This document shows positions 50,023 to 59,359 of a DNA stretch of 64,000 nucleotides, one piece after another; within the stretch, counting starts at the first letter, position 1; every line of letters starts with the position of its first letter. The DNA comes from an uncultured Acidobacteriota bacterium (GTDB lineage: Bacteria; Acidobacteriota; Vicinamibacteria; Vicinamibacterales; UBA2999), in the NCBI GenBank assembly GCA_963772955.1, contig CAVYZF010000011.1, positions 571,025 through 635,024 of the forward strand, written 5' to 3'. Made by a program: the position numbers and the translations under genes. A model generated the notes under the pieces. The model was given only the letters and a program-made list of their open reading frames with translations, was not told the DNA's origin and did not search any database.

Positions 50023-51023
50023 ATGGTCGGCTTTTTCGCGAGCAGCTTCTCGAGCCCCTCTCGGGTCATCGGCCCTCTCAACTGCGAAACCGCTTGTGTC
50101 ACATAGTCGTTGTCGAATACCAACGCCTCGTCAGTGAACACGCGCTCAAGCGAGCGCCACGGAAGCGCCGGAAAGCGATGATGGATGCCGTGATAATTGA
50201 AGTTCAGAATCACCGGCGACAGCCATCGCGGTAACCGAAGGTTATACCCGTGGAGTCGGTCACCGAGCGGCGAACCGTAGTGGTACAGGTAATCCAGGAA
50301 CGAAATCAGGAAGGCTCGAATCAGAAAGTGGATGGCCAGTATCCACCAGTACCGCCTGTACAAGACGGCTGACGTAGCAATCATCGCGAGGATGATGCAG
50401 GCGTCGATTCGGATGGCGCGCAGATGGTAAGGTGAACGAAAGATCCGGCGAAGGACCTGGCTCGCCATCGGGTCCGCCTGAAAAGTCCTGGCGATCCTCG
50501 GTTGCACGATGTTGCGGGGCAGGCAGAAAAGCATCGGCACGATCAGCTCGGCCTTGTACAACCCACCCAGCAGAAAAAAGCAGTACCCGAGGACAAACGA
50601 TCGCCGTTCGGCGGCAGTCATCGACGTGTCGTAGACCTCGATGTGTTCGTCCTCCGTCCGGTTCACGCTGTGATGCGTGACGTGGGCGGTGGCGACGAAA
50701 TCGAACGGGGAACCGAAGCAGATCCCCACGACTCGCCCGAGGAGATCGTTCAGCGACAGGCCGACCAACGGCAGCCGTGCCGTGGGCGCAAGCGAGCGAT
50801 GGATGGCCTCGTGAAACACCGAGAACAGTCCGTTGCTCGTGCACGAGATCGCTACCACTATCCAGACTGCCGCGCCCGGATTTGGCAACAGAAGGATGGG
50901 AAACACGAAGAGCACGAAGACGTTGAGCGCGAGATGACCGGCGAACAGCGCGTAGTTCAGCGGGTAGTTCACGGCGACGGCACGCACGACACTGTCGGCC
51001 GTCTGCTCTTGATCGCTCGACAT
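50004..51023 (-). CDS. membrane fatty-acid desaturase family protein (intact)
   Basis: 339 aa. Three His boxes: HEAIHRS, HVTHHSV and NYHGIHHRFP. Confidence 0.8.
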   Translation of the reverse strand: MSSDQEQTADSVVRAVAVNYPLNYALFAGHLALNVFVLFVFPILLLPNPGAAVWIVVAISCTSNGLFSVFHEAIHRSLAPTARLPLVGLSLNDLLGRVVGICFGSPFDFVATAHVTHHSVNRTEDEHIEVYDTSMTAAERRSFVLGYCFFLLGGLYKAELIVPMLFCLPRNIVQPRIARTFQADPMASQVLRRIFRSPYHLRAIRIDACIILAMIATSAVLYRRYWWILAIHFLIRAFLISFLDYLYHYGSPLGDRLHGYNLRLPRWLSPVILNFNYHGIHHRFPALPWRSLERVFTDEALVFDNDYVTQAVSQLRGPMTREGLEKLLAKKPTIQSPML

Positions 51024-51034
51024 AACGGTTGACC

Positions 51035-51910
51035 CTACTTCACGAGTCCGGGAGTACGCTCCGCAAACCCGCAGAGCGCTACCGCATACGATGGAAACGG
51101 AATGATGCGGTTTCCAAGTCGCCTCATGATTGCCGGCCAGACATTGAACTCCTCGCCGATCAGATTCGCGGGATACGCGCGAACGTAGGAGAGGGAGGTG
51201 AGAGAGCTGAATCCCGCCTTCGCCATCAATGCCGACAGCGTGGGCCGGTTGTAAAAGGCCACGTGCTCAGGGATCACCTGAAAGGCCGGCCAACGGAGAC
51301 CGAGTAGCCGTCGGAAGATGCTGTCGACATCAGGCGTGGCTACGACCAACTTGCCGCCTGGGCGGAGACGCTCACGCAGTTTCCGGAGGTACTCCACCGG
51401 CCTGTGGACGTGCTCGATCACGCTGACCAGAATGATGCAGTCGAACCGCTCCTCATCCGGGATCACGTCGAGATCTCCCTGGTAGACGCGATCCGCGCGT
51501 TCGCTCGCGCTCTTGACGGCGTTCGAGAAATCGACGCCGACGCGATCGTCGAAATAGGGTTTCGCTTCATCGAGGAGAAACCCGTACCCGCATCCGACCT
51601 CGAGCAAGGAGCCGCCATCGAGCTTTCGCCGATGAAGTTCTCTGAGGAATCGACGGAAGGAAAACCGCAGCGACATTTCCTGCCGGAAATAACTGGTGTA
51701 GCCGACGTCTCCGTTCTCGAAGTACTTGTCGTCTTCGTAGAACCGCAGCATCGCCGACTCGTTCAGGCGCGGCGACAGGTAAGACATCCCGCACGACAGA
51801 CACCGCACGACCCGGTATGGCGACAGGTCATGCAGGAGGTCAGGCTGGTCGACGCCGCATACCGGGCATGCGACACGCTCCAGCTCGGAAGAAACCGGCT
51901 GATACGTCAT
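51035..51910 (-). CDS. class I SAM-dependent methyltransferase with N-terminal zinc ribbon
   Basis: 291 aa. CPVCG...CLSCG at the N-terminus; LLEVGCGYGFLL SAM-binding motif I. Confidence 0.8.
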   Translation of the reverse strand: MTYQPVSSELERVACPVCGVDQPDLLHDLSPYRVVRCLSCGMSYLSPRLNESAMLRFYEDDKYFENGDVGYTSYFRQEMSLRFSFRRFLRELHRRKLDGGSLLEVGCGYGFLLDEAKPYFDDRVGVDFSNAVKSASERADRVYQGDLDVIPDEERFDCIILVSVIEHVHRPVEYLRKLRERLRPGGKLVVATPDVDSIFRRLLGLRWPAFQVIPEHVAFYNRPTLSALMAKAGFSSLTSLSYVRAYPANLIGEEFNVWPAIMRRLGNRIIPFPSYAVALCGFAERTPGLVK

Positions 51911-51931
51911 GCCTCGCTAACTGTGGCTCGC

Positions 51932-52930
51932 TTATCTGCTGCTGCCCACGCATTCCCGAAGGACGCCCCAATACGTCGACGTGATATGCGCCCTGGACTG
52001 GAAGATCGGCATCCTTCATCAGCACCGCGTGCAGTTGCGGCAGACGGAAGTAGGGGACGCTGGGATAGAGATGATGTTCGAGATGGAAGCTGACGTGTCG
52101 CGGAGCCACGAAGACGCGCTCGAGGAAAGATGGGAGCGTCGTCCGGCTCTGTGTACACACATGGTCGTTTTCGATCGCGAAGTGCTCCGCAATGCTGCGG
52201 ATGCGCATGATCATCTTTAGCCAGGTCAGAATCGGTACCACCCAGAGCAGCAGGAACATCGGCCACAGGCGGAAATAGGTGACAGCGCTCAGAACGAGGA
52301 TGTAGTAGAGGATCTCTGGCCACGAGGTAGAAATCGATACCTTCCTTCTTGGTGGCGTTCTGATCCCACATGTCGTCGAAATCCGAGACCAGCTGACGGG
52401 TGTTGAGGCCGAGAACGTCTTTCGCCAGCAGTGCAACGAGCGCTCCCCAGCTCGTCGGGAATTCCCACTCCGACGCCGATCTCTGCTTGCGCATCAAATC
52501 CGGATCTTCTTCAGTATTGACGTGACGATGATGGGCGAAGTGGCCGCCGCGGTAGGTCTGCGTGGTGATGAAGAGCGGCCACGCCAGGAACAGCTCCGAC
52601 ACGACGGCATTCAGGCGGCGGTTCTTGAAGAGCAGGTAGTGCGTGCCTTCGTGCATGAGAATGGCCAGCGCGTGCTGTCGGGCGCCGATCCACGTGATGA
52701 CGAGCGGGAGAAAGATCGGATGCAGGATATCGCTGATAGAGGACGACGGCCAGGATGATGCCGATCCATTCTGTCGCGATCGCAACAGTGCTTCTCAGCG
52801 GATCGATCGCGGAGAGCTCCCTGACCACCTTCGTCGCGAGACGCGTGGGAATGTCCCCGACGTAGGAATCCGTCTCCGGCGTCCGCGGTGTGCTTTCGGA
52901 GACTGTGTCAACTATCGAGATGTTCGTCAT
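51932..52930 (-). pseudogene. membrane fatty-acid desaturase family gene with three +1 frame breaks
   Basis: Pieces in three frames: MTNISIVDTV...IATEWIGIILAVVLY, then ISDILHPIFLPLVITWIGARQHALAILMHEGTHY...HFAHHRHVNTEEDPD...GIDFYLV, then WPEILYYILVLSAVTYF...IAEHFAI...FHLEHHLYPSVPYFRLPQLHAVLMKDADLPVQ, then AHITSTYWGVLRECVGSSR-stop. The breaks are near 52738, 52320 and 51992. Start and stop are in the same frame (999 nt), consistent with three 1-nt insertions. Confidence 0.8.
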
Positions 52931-54389
52931 CACTCTGAACCTTGTGCTGGAACTTCCGCTCGTAGTCGACGGACAGAGCATCACGAAAGTCGAAGTACGG
53001 CACGGCTCGCACCACGGCCGGGAAGTGCCGGTTGAACAGTGACGACCATTGCGCCTGGATCGTCGCTCTCTGACGGGGTTCAACAGTGGCCTGAAGCTGA
53101 ATGCGGAGATGCAACCGCCCTCCTCGCGCCTTCACATGAAACTGGCCGGTCGTTGTTGAGGCCAACCCACCTCGGAAGTACACCAGCGAGCGCAGAAACT
53201 CCACGCGAACGCTCTTACCCGCAGCGGTCAGCGTGTGGTCAGTCCGGCCGGCCACTGCCATGAGTGGATATTTCAAGGCGGGAATGTAAGCGTCGTATTT
53301 CAACCCGCGAAGAATCTGGCGGACGCGCGCGTAGGGCAGGATGTAGCCGCAATCACCCGTCTTGTACCGAACGAGTGGCATTGCGGCATCCAGATCGAGG
53401 CTCGTAAACGCGTACGCGCCTCCATCTGAATCGCAGCTCCTGCGTGGGCGTCACTTCGATGAACCAGCGGCGCGGATCGTAGTGACCAATCATCGCGACT
53501 GTGTCGATGGATCCGAACAGCGCCTGACGCACACGTTCATCCGAGTCCGCCAGACGCCGCAGACGAACTGTGTCGTGAGTTTCGAAACACACGTTGAACC
53601 CGAGCTCGGCTGCGCCCATCGAACTCATGATGCACGTCCGGGGATGTGGCCGGTCCAAATCCACTTCCACGAGTGAGGCAAGGTACTGCCGGTAGCTCTC
53701 CGGGAACCATTCACCGCCCATCGCGAACTGAACAGGCCAGCGGCTCCAACGCATACCGGCGCTCCGGCCGTCCTCGAGCAGCTTCTTGAGAAAGTACACG
53801 TCGCTGATGACGACAAACTGCTCGTAGTACGGCTTGAGGGCCTGGAGCAGGGCAAGCACCTTGTCACTGCGCACCGACAGGTTGATACCAGGCAAGGACG
53901 TCGGAATCGAAACACCCATCGCGAAGGTATTGATCAGGAACGTCTTCTTCTTTCTCGTCTGGAACCAGGCGTCGAGGAGTCGGTCGGTGGCCTCGACCAT
54001 CGACTGCGTGCCCTTCCGATTGATCATCCCCAACGAGAACGACGACGCGGTCGAACCGGAGCTCGCAACAAGCGCCACGATGTTGCCGAGCGAGCGGTCA
54101 ACCAGCAGGTCCGCTAACTGATGAGAGGCAAATACGTCTTGCTTCGCGATGATCGGAACCGTCGCCCGGAACGCTTCGATGTCAGTCACCTGTGTGGGCC
54201 GAATGCCCCGCTTGGCGAGTAGCCGCTTGTAGAACGGGACTGCTTTCGCCGCCCGGCGAAACTGTTCCAGCGCCCGCTGTTGCGATACGACAGCGATGAG
54301 CCGTCGACGTCTTCCACTCGTTCAATGATAGGAGTTTTCGTCGAATCGAGCGGATTTGCGCACGTTCTGTCGTGCAAATTTCTCAGCAA
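52908..54389 (-). pseudogene. PaaK/CapK (coenzyme F390 synthetase)-like adenylate-forming enzyme with two compensating frame breaks
   Basis: The main ORF 53353..54189 has QFRRAAKAVPFYKRLL open upstream, plus VASSGSTASS and GGEWFPE. ORF 52908..53381 has MPLVRYKTGD (the RYxTGD motif). The pieces join as ...EVTPTQEL / DSDGGAYAFTSLDLDAAMPLVRYKTGD near 53437. The N-terminal piece in ORF 54186..54389 joins near 54300. The first and last pieces share one frame (1482 nt). The start codon is uncertain. Confidence 0.65.
54355..54380. promoter_or_regulatory. imperfect inverted repeat ATTTGCGCAC-N8-GTGCAAAT at the 5' end of the ligase gene
   Basis: Read directly from the sequence. The right arm is the reverse complement of ATTTGCAC; the left arm carries one extra G. 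It lies at or overlaps the candidate TTG starts of the ligase. Confidence 0.2.
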
Positions 54390-54547
54390 AAGATCCGCAC
54401 GCTCGAGTCACTTCGGGCGTCTTCTGACCGCTCGAGTGCACCCGAGCACCAAAGAGTCAGTTCGCCGAGTAAGGAAATGACTCAGAGGAGCAGTGGCATC
54501 CGACTGAGGAATCCGATTGAGGCGCCGATAACAGGTCTGTCGCGAAC

Positions 54548-55221
54548 ATGGCCTCTGCCTCTTTCGGACGTCGTGCCCTGTGTGGCGTTCTCCTGTTGCT
54601 GTTCGGTGGGCTGCCCGAGCGGACGCGCAGGATGTGACCGAAGTCACGTTGAAAGGTGCGTTTCTGTTCAACTTCGCCCGCTTCACCGAATGGCCTGCCG
54701 ACGCGCTGCACGCGGATACCGCGGTGTCTGCGTGCGTACTCGGAGACCGCGCGGTCGCGGACGCGTTCACCAAGACCGTCAAGGGCAAGCAGCTCGCGGG
54801 GCGAACCATCGCTGTCACGAACCTTCCGCCAACCGGATCGATTCCGGCCTGCCACGTTCTCTATCTCTCCGGCGTCGCGGAAACACGCATCGCTGAGATT
54901 GTCTCGACTCTTCGGGACACGCCTGTTCTTACGGTCAGCGACTCCGACACCTTCACAAAGCGAGGTGGCATCGTTCAGATCTTCGTCGAGAGCGGCAAGA
55001 TGAAGTTTCGCATCAACTCCCGTTCGGCAAAACGGGCCCGACTGCAACTCAGCTCGCGACTGCTGGCGCTCGCCGAAGTCGTGGATGAAGACGTGGCATC
55101 GGTCGCATCCGCCCCCTCCACGAATCTGTTTACCTCCACCGGAACCGCGTTGGGCTCAGTTGATGTCGAGCTGTTCGGCAGTGATTGGGCGCGTCGGTTC
55201 ACCGCCTGGCGGCGCAACTGA
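54548..55221 (+). pseudogene. YfiR-family (DUF4154) periplasmic protein, signal peptide out of frame with the mature domain
   Basis: The body (ORF 54580..55221) has VTLKGAFLFNFARFTEWP and HVLYLSG, as in YfiR/DUF4154. A classical signal peptide MASASFGRRALCGVLLLLFGGLP starts at ATG 54548 in another frame and stops at 54637. One missing base around 54600-54630 would fuse them. Length equals 3n+2. Confidence 0.7.
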
Positions 55222-55222
55222 C

Positions 55223-57229
55223 ATGAAGAACTATCTTGCCCGTCCACTCGCTATAGGAGCGGTCGCGTTCACGCTGCTGACCGGTACCACGACGTTTGGG
55301 CAGTCTCTCTCCGATCTGTCACTCGAAGATCTGATGCGACTCGACGCCGGACGGGTCTTTGGCGCCTCCGAGCGTAGTCAGCCAGTCACCGAGGCACCGT
55401 CGTCAGTGTCGTTCATCACCGCCGAGGACATCACTCGTTACGGCTACAAGACGCTCGCGGACATCCTGCACGGCGTTCGCGGTCTCTATGTCAGCGACGA
55501 CCGCAACTTCAGCTTTTTGGGAGCCCGCGGGTTCGGCAAGCCCGGAGACTACAACAGCCGCATCCTCCTCCTCGTCAATGGTCATCGTGTCAACGACAAC
55601 GTGTTCGGCCAGGCTGAGATCGGCGCCGAGTTCGGTCTCGACCCAGCGACGTTCGAGCGCGTCGAGATCATCCGCGGCCCGGCATCCTCGCTCTACGGGG
55701 ACAGCGCGTTCTTCGCCGTCGTGAACGTCATCACGCGAACAGGCTCGGCGATGGACGGCAGTGCCGTCACCTATGAGGCCGGCTCGCATGGCACGCAGAT
55801 GGTGCGTGGCATGGTGGGAAGCCGCTTGTCGAACGGCATTGATTACGCCGTCTCGGCCACGGTGGAGGGCAGCGACGGTGTCGATCGTCTCTACTTCCCG
55901 GAGTTCGATTCGCCCGAGACCAATAACGGCGTTGCGGTGGGACTCGACGGCTACCAGTTCGGGCAGTACTACGGCCGGCTCAATTACGGCAATCTGACGT
56001 TTACCGGTGCCTATGGCCGGAGGCGCAAGGACATCCCGACCGCGTCGTTGGGCACCCTGTTCAACGAGCAGATCGAACGCGAACAGACGACCGATCGGCA
56101 CACGTTGTTCGATGTGGAGTACGCCCGTCCGGTTGGTGCGTCACGCGTTACGCTGCGTGGCGCCTACGATCGCTTCACGGCGAACGGGTTTTACCCATAT
56201 GACGGCGAGCCTCTCGGCGAGCGCGTTGCTCTCGGAGTCACCGATGTGGTCGGCGCTTCGTGGACGATCGGAGCCCGCGTCACGCGGCCGCTTCCGAAGC
56301 AGATGCTGATTCTGGGCGCCGAGTACATCGATAACGTCGACCAGAACTACACGTCCGGCTACCAGGGGATGGAGCCTATCGTTGCGACGAACGGCTCATC
56401 TCAACGACGCGCGCTCTTCATGCAGGACGAGATCAAACTTGGCACGCATGTGATCCTGAACGCCGGTCTGCGTTACGACGGATACGAAGAGTTCGATCGT
56501 GTCACGCCCCGCACAGCGCTCATCTTCATGCCGACCGCGCATCAGTCGTTCAAGTACCTGTATGGCAACGCATTCCGTGCGCCAAACGTGTACGAGAAGA
56601 CCGAGTTCTACTTCGGGCCCGACGTTGCGTCGCTGCGTCCTGAATCCATCGACACACACGAACTGGTGTGGGAGCGCTACACCGGCGACTGGCTGCGCAC
56701 GTCGGTCTCGGGTTACTGGTACAAGGCTGACAACCTGATCACGCAGAAAGCCACTGACGATCCCAACGCGTTCTTCGGCGTGACCTACGTCAACGAGGGT
56801 GAGGTCCGCGCGAAGGGCTTCGAGTTCGAGGCACAGATGCGCCTGTGGCGCGGCGCGGAAGGTCATATGAGCTACGCGCTCCAGGAAGCGATCGATCAGG
56901 CAACCGGAGAGACGCTACCCAACTCTCCTCGTCATATGGGCAAAACGCGCGTGAGCGCACCGCTCTTCGGAACCGGTTCGTCGCTCGCGGTAGAAGTGCT
57001 CGCGATCGGCAGCCGCCAGACCCTGAGCGGCAACTGGACCGGAGCGGCGGCGACCGCAAATGTGACGGTCGTCAAGCCGCTCGGACGGACGCTCGAGATC
57101 TTCGGCACCGCCCGCAATCTCTTCGATGTCGACTATTCCGTTCCGGCATCCCAGGAGCACGTGCAGGACACCATTCCTCAGAATGGCCGCACGTTCCGGG
57201 TCGGCCTGCGCGTGAAGCTTCCGCTCTGA
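55223..57229 (+). CDS. TonB-dependent outer-membrane receptor
   Basis: Start at MKNYLARPLAIGAVAFTLLTG (signal peptide), 1 nt after the yfiR-like stop. Plug motifs APSSVSFITAEDI and IEIIRGPASSLYG. The beta-barrel ends with ...FRVGLRVKLPL. Confidence 0.88.
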   Translation: MKNYLARPLAIGAVAFTLLTGTTTFGQSLSDLSLEDLMRLDAGRVFGASERSQPVTEAPSSVSFITAEDITRYGYKTLADILHGVRGLYVSDDRNFSFLGARGFGKPGDYNSRILLLVNGHRVNDNVFGQAEIGAEFGLDPATFERVEIIRGPASSLYGDSAFFAVVNVITRTGSAMDGSAVTYEAGSHGTQMVRGMVGSRLSNGIDYAVSATVEGSDGVDRLYFPEFDSPETNNGVAVGLDGYQFGQYYGRLNYGNLTFTGAYGRRRKDIPTASLGTLFNEQIEREQTTDRHTLFDVEYARPVGASRVTLRGAYDRFTANGFYPYDGEPLGERVALGVTDVVGASWTIGARVTRPLPKQMLILGAEYIDNVDQNYTSGYQGMEPIVATNGSSQRRALFMQDEIKLGTHVILNAGLRYDGYEEFDRVTPRTALIFMPTAHQSFKYLYGNAFRAPNVYEKTEFYFGPDVASLRPESIDTHELVWERYTGDWLRTSVSGYWYKADNLITQKATDDPNAFFGVTYVNEGEVRAKGFEFEAQMRLWRGAEGHMSYALQEAIDQATGETLPNSPRHMGKTRVSAPLFGTGSSLAVEVLAIGSRQTLSGNWTGAAATANVTVVKPLGRTLEIFGTARNLFDVDYSVPASQEHVQDTIPQNGRTFRVGLRVKLPL

Positions 57230-57233
57230 GAGT

Positions 57234-57977
57234 TTACGCCCGAGCCATCGGCCGATACTGCGGCTCCAGACCGTCCAGGAACGTGTGAAGCGCGGGCAAT
57301 GAGCGCGACAGGATGGTCTGATCCCACTTACTCAAGTCGACGACATAGGGCGCAACCGGTCCGTAGTAGTCGGTGCGCGGGCCAATCTCTCTAAAGGGCA
57401 CTTTCAGGCTTGACAGCAGCCGCTGCAGCGATGGTTCAGTCGCCACGAGCCAGTGCGTGAAGCCGTTACGCTTGGACGCCTGATAAATCGCTCGATACAG
57501 ACTGATCGCGACGGAGGCTGCTCCGATGTGCCGTTTCCGCAGACTGCGACTCACGCACAGGCGCGAGATCTCAGCGACGCGGGTGGACTCCTGAAACAAC
57601 TCGTGCTCGCGCGGATAGATCGAGCAGTGGCGAAACAGCGGCAGGCCGATCATGTTGACCTTCACGAGGCGCGCGCTTGCCAACAGCGCGCCACCATCTG
57701 GGCTGAGGACCCCAAGGTGCAGCGAGTGACGATCGAATTCGTCACGCTCGCGCCGATCGGGGTAATCGTCCGGGTTGAGAAAGCGGCGTTCGACGCAGTA
57801 CACCTGGTAGCGCAGCTGATGGCTTTCGTCCATCAGGCGTGGATCTGAATCGATCTGCCGCCCGTCAAGCCATTGAAGCCGATTGCTGCTGGTCTCGACG
57901 CGCTTCGGTGCACGCGATCCGATGGAGTGAAATTGGACGGAAGCCCCGGTGGTGCTTGTGTTCATGAGAGAAACCAT
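57234..57977 (-). CDS. LuxI-fold GNAT acyltransferase, N-acyl amino acid synthase-like (PEP-CTERM/exosortase-associated acyltransferase type)
   Basis: 247 aa. HQLRYQVYCVERRFLNPDDYPDRRERDEFDRHSLHLGV...ARLV...AEISRLCVSR matches my recollection of the TIGR03694 / FeeM-like N-acyl amino acid synthase pattern. Not searched. Confidence 0.6.
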   Translation of the reverse strand: MVSLMNTSTTGASVQFHSIGSRAPKRVETSSNRLQWLDGRQIDSDPRLMDESHQLRYQVYCVERRFLNPDDYPDRRERDEFDRHSLHLGVLSPDGGALLASARLVKVNMIGLPLFRHCSIYPREHELFQESTRVAEISRLCVSRSLRKRHIGAASVAISLYRAIYQASKRNGFTHWLVATEPSLQRLLSSLKVPFREIGPRTDYYGPVAPYVVDLSKWDQTILSRSLPALHTFLDGLEPQYRPMARA

Positions 57978-58083
57978 CCTTCGTCAAGCTGTGAAGTGAT
58001 GCGCTCGATTTCACATCACCGCTCGTCAATGATGAATTGATTTCACTCAAACGGACGACGGTTTCGTCATCGCGATCACATAA

Positions 58084-58116
58084 AATGTGCAAAATTCAGG
58101 GCTGTTTTTGCACATT
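58084..58116. promoter_or_regulatory. perfect 11-bp-arm inverted repeat AATGTGCAAAA-N11-TTTTGCACATT (operator candidate or terminator hairpin)
   Basis: Read directly from the sequence. It lies in the 260-bp relatively AT-rich spacer, about 107 nt upstream of the acyltransferase ATG (57977) and about 120 nt downstream of the stop of 58238..59332. Confidence 0.4.
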
Positions 58117-58237
58117 CTGCGAACACGGTGTCACATGAGTGACGTCCGTGTTCGTTCGTGTCAGTTCAAGTTCTCTGTCGCGATTCTCGCGTGCGACGCT
58201 TCGGAACATTGCGTCCCGAGCGTCTCTCACCGCACGC

Positions 58238-59332
58238 TCACTGCTCCGGTGCGGCGGGGTTCACACCACCCAGCCATGACGATGGCTTTGGACGCGGCAA
58301 GCCTTTCTTCACTGCGTCGTCAACAGCCCTGTCTTCCGCCCGCGCGGCGCTCAGGATGTTGTGCAACGCGTGGTTGCCTTCGTGACATTCGTACGGCAGC
58401 ACCTGATACCCGGGCTGTGTCGTCAATGGCAGGAGCAGCTTCACTGGCTTGCTGAATGTCTTTGAATCGGTGATCGATATCTCGTAGTTCAACATGTCGG
58501 GCGCGACGCGCGTGAAGCGCTCGATCACATGCAGTACGTCACTCGTTGGCGCTCCGCCGCCGTTGCCGCCAACGCCGGTCGTGTTGCCGATGAAGTTGGT
58601 GGTTTCCACGACGAGCGTGTCGCCTTCGAAGTGGCCGCGCGCATCGCCCATGTACTGACGGATGCCGTTGCCGATATGGGGACGGCCATCGAGCGGGATG
58701 ATTCGCGTGTCGTGCACCATCTCGTACGTAATCGACACCACGCCGGGCGATTGGAAGATGAAGTTGCCGTTGCCGTAGATGACCGGCAACACCGACCCAA
58801 ACACGCCGCGTGTGATGCAGCGGTCGTACAGGCTGCGATCGGTCCAGCTATTCGGCGGATTGCTGCGCTGCTGTTGCCGCCGTTCGACTTCCTTCTGCGC
58901 CTCTGACGTGATCGGGAGTCGTCCGTCGGCTGGTTCGATCACGAGCGACGTCTGGCGGAAGGTCCGGGTGCCGACGTCGTTGCGAAACGCCCCGACCCGG
59001 TTGAGCTCGCGCACTCTGGCTTCGTCGTTGGCCACAAGGCGCTTCGCATACTCGTCGTCTGACAGTTGGGCTTTGTTGCCGAGTTCAACTGGCCGTTGCA
59101 CGGGAACGGTGCGAAGGTCGTCACTCGACCACGTGCCGGAGATGTCCGGGTCCCCCCAGGGTGTCTTCGGCGTCGCATACGGCCTGGCGGGCGAGGCCGC
59201 CTTCGCCGGAGCCTGTGCCAACGCCGGAATCGACAACGCCGCCACGACGCCGATCGCGCTGACGAGCGCGCCGATGGTGAGTCTTCGCATGTCGGCCTCC
59301 CGCAAAGAGCAAGGTCGGCGTGATTGTGGCAA
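58238..59332 (-). CDS. secreted protein of unknown function (paralogue of 40623..41492)
   Basis: 364 aa with signal peptide MRRLTIGALVSAIGVVAALSIPALAQA. Shares conserved blocks with the 289-aa protein (GHFEGDTLVVETTN, VIERFT, LNYEISITDSKTFSKP, YECHEGN). Confidence 0.65.
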   Translation of the reverse strand: MPQSRRPCSLREADMRRLTIGALVSAIGVVAALSIPALAQAPAKAASPARPYATPKTPWGDPDISGTWSSDDLRTVPVQRPVELGNKAQLSDDEYAKRLVANDEARVRELNRVGAFRNDVGTRTFRQTSLVIEPADGRLPITSEAQKEVERRQQQRSNPPNSWTDRSLYDRCITRGVFGSVLPVIYGNGNFIFQSPGVVSITYEMVHDTRIIPLDGRPHIGNGIRQYMGDARGHFEGDTLVVETTNFIGNTTGVGGNGGGAPTSDVLHVIERFTRVAPDMLNYEISITDSKTFSKPVKLLLPLTTQPGYQVLPYECHEGNHALHNILSAARAEDRAVDDAVKKGLPRPKPSSWLGGVNPAAPEQ

Positions 59333-59359
59333 AAGGCAGCAGGCGACGCAACGAACGCG

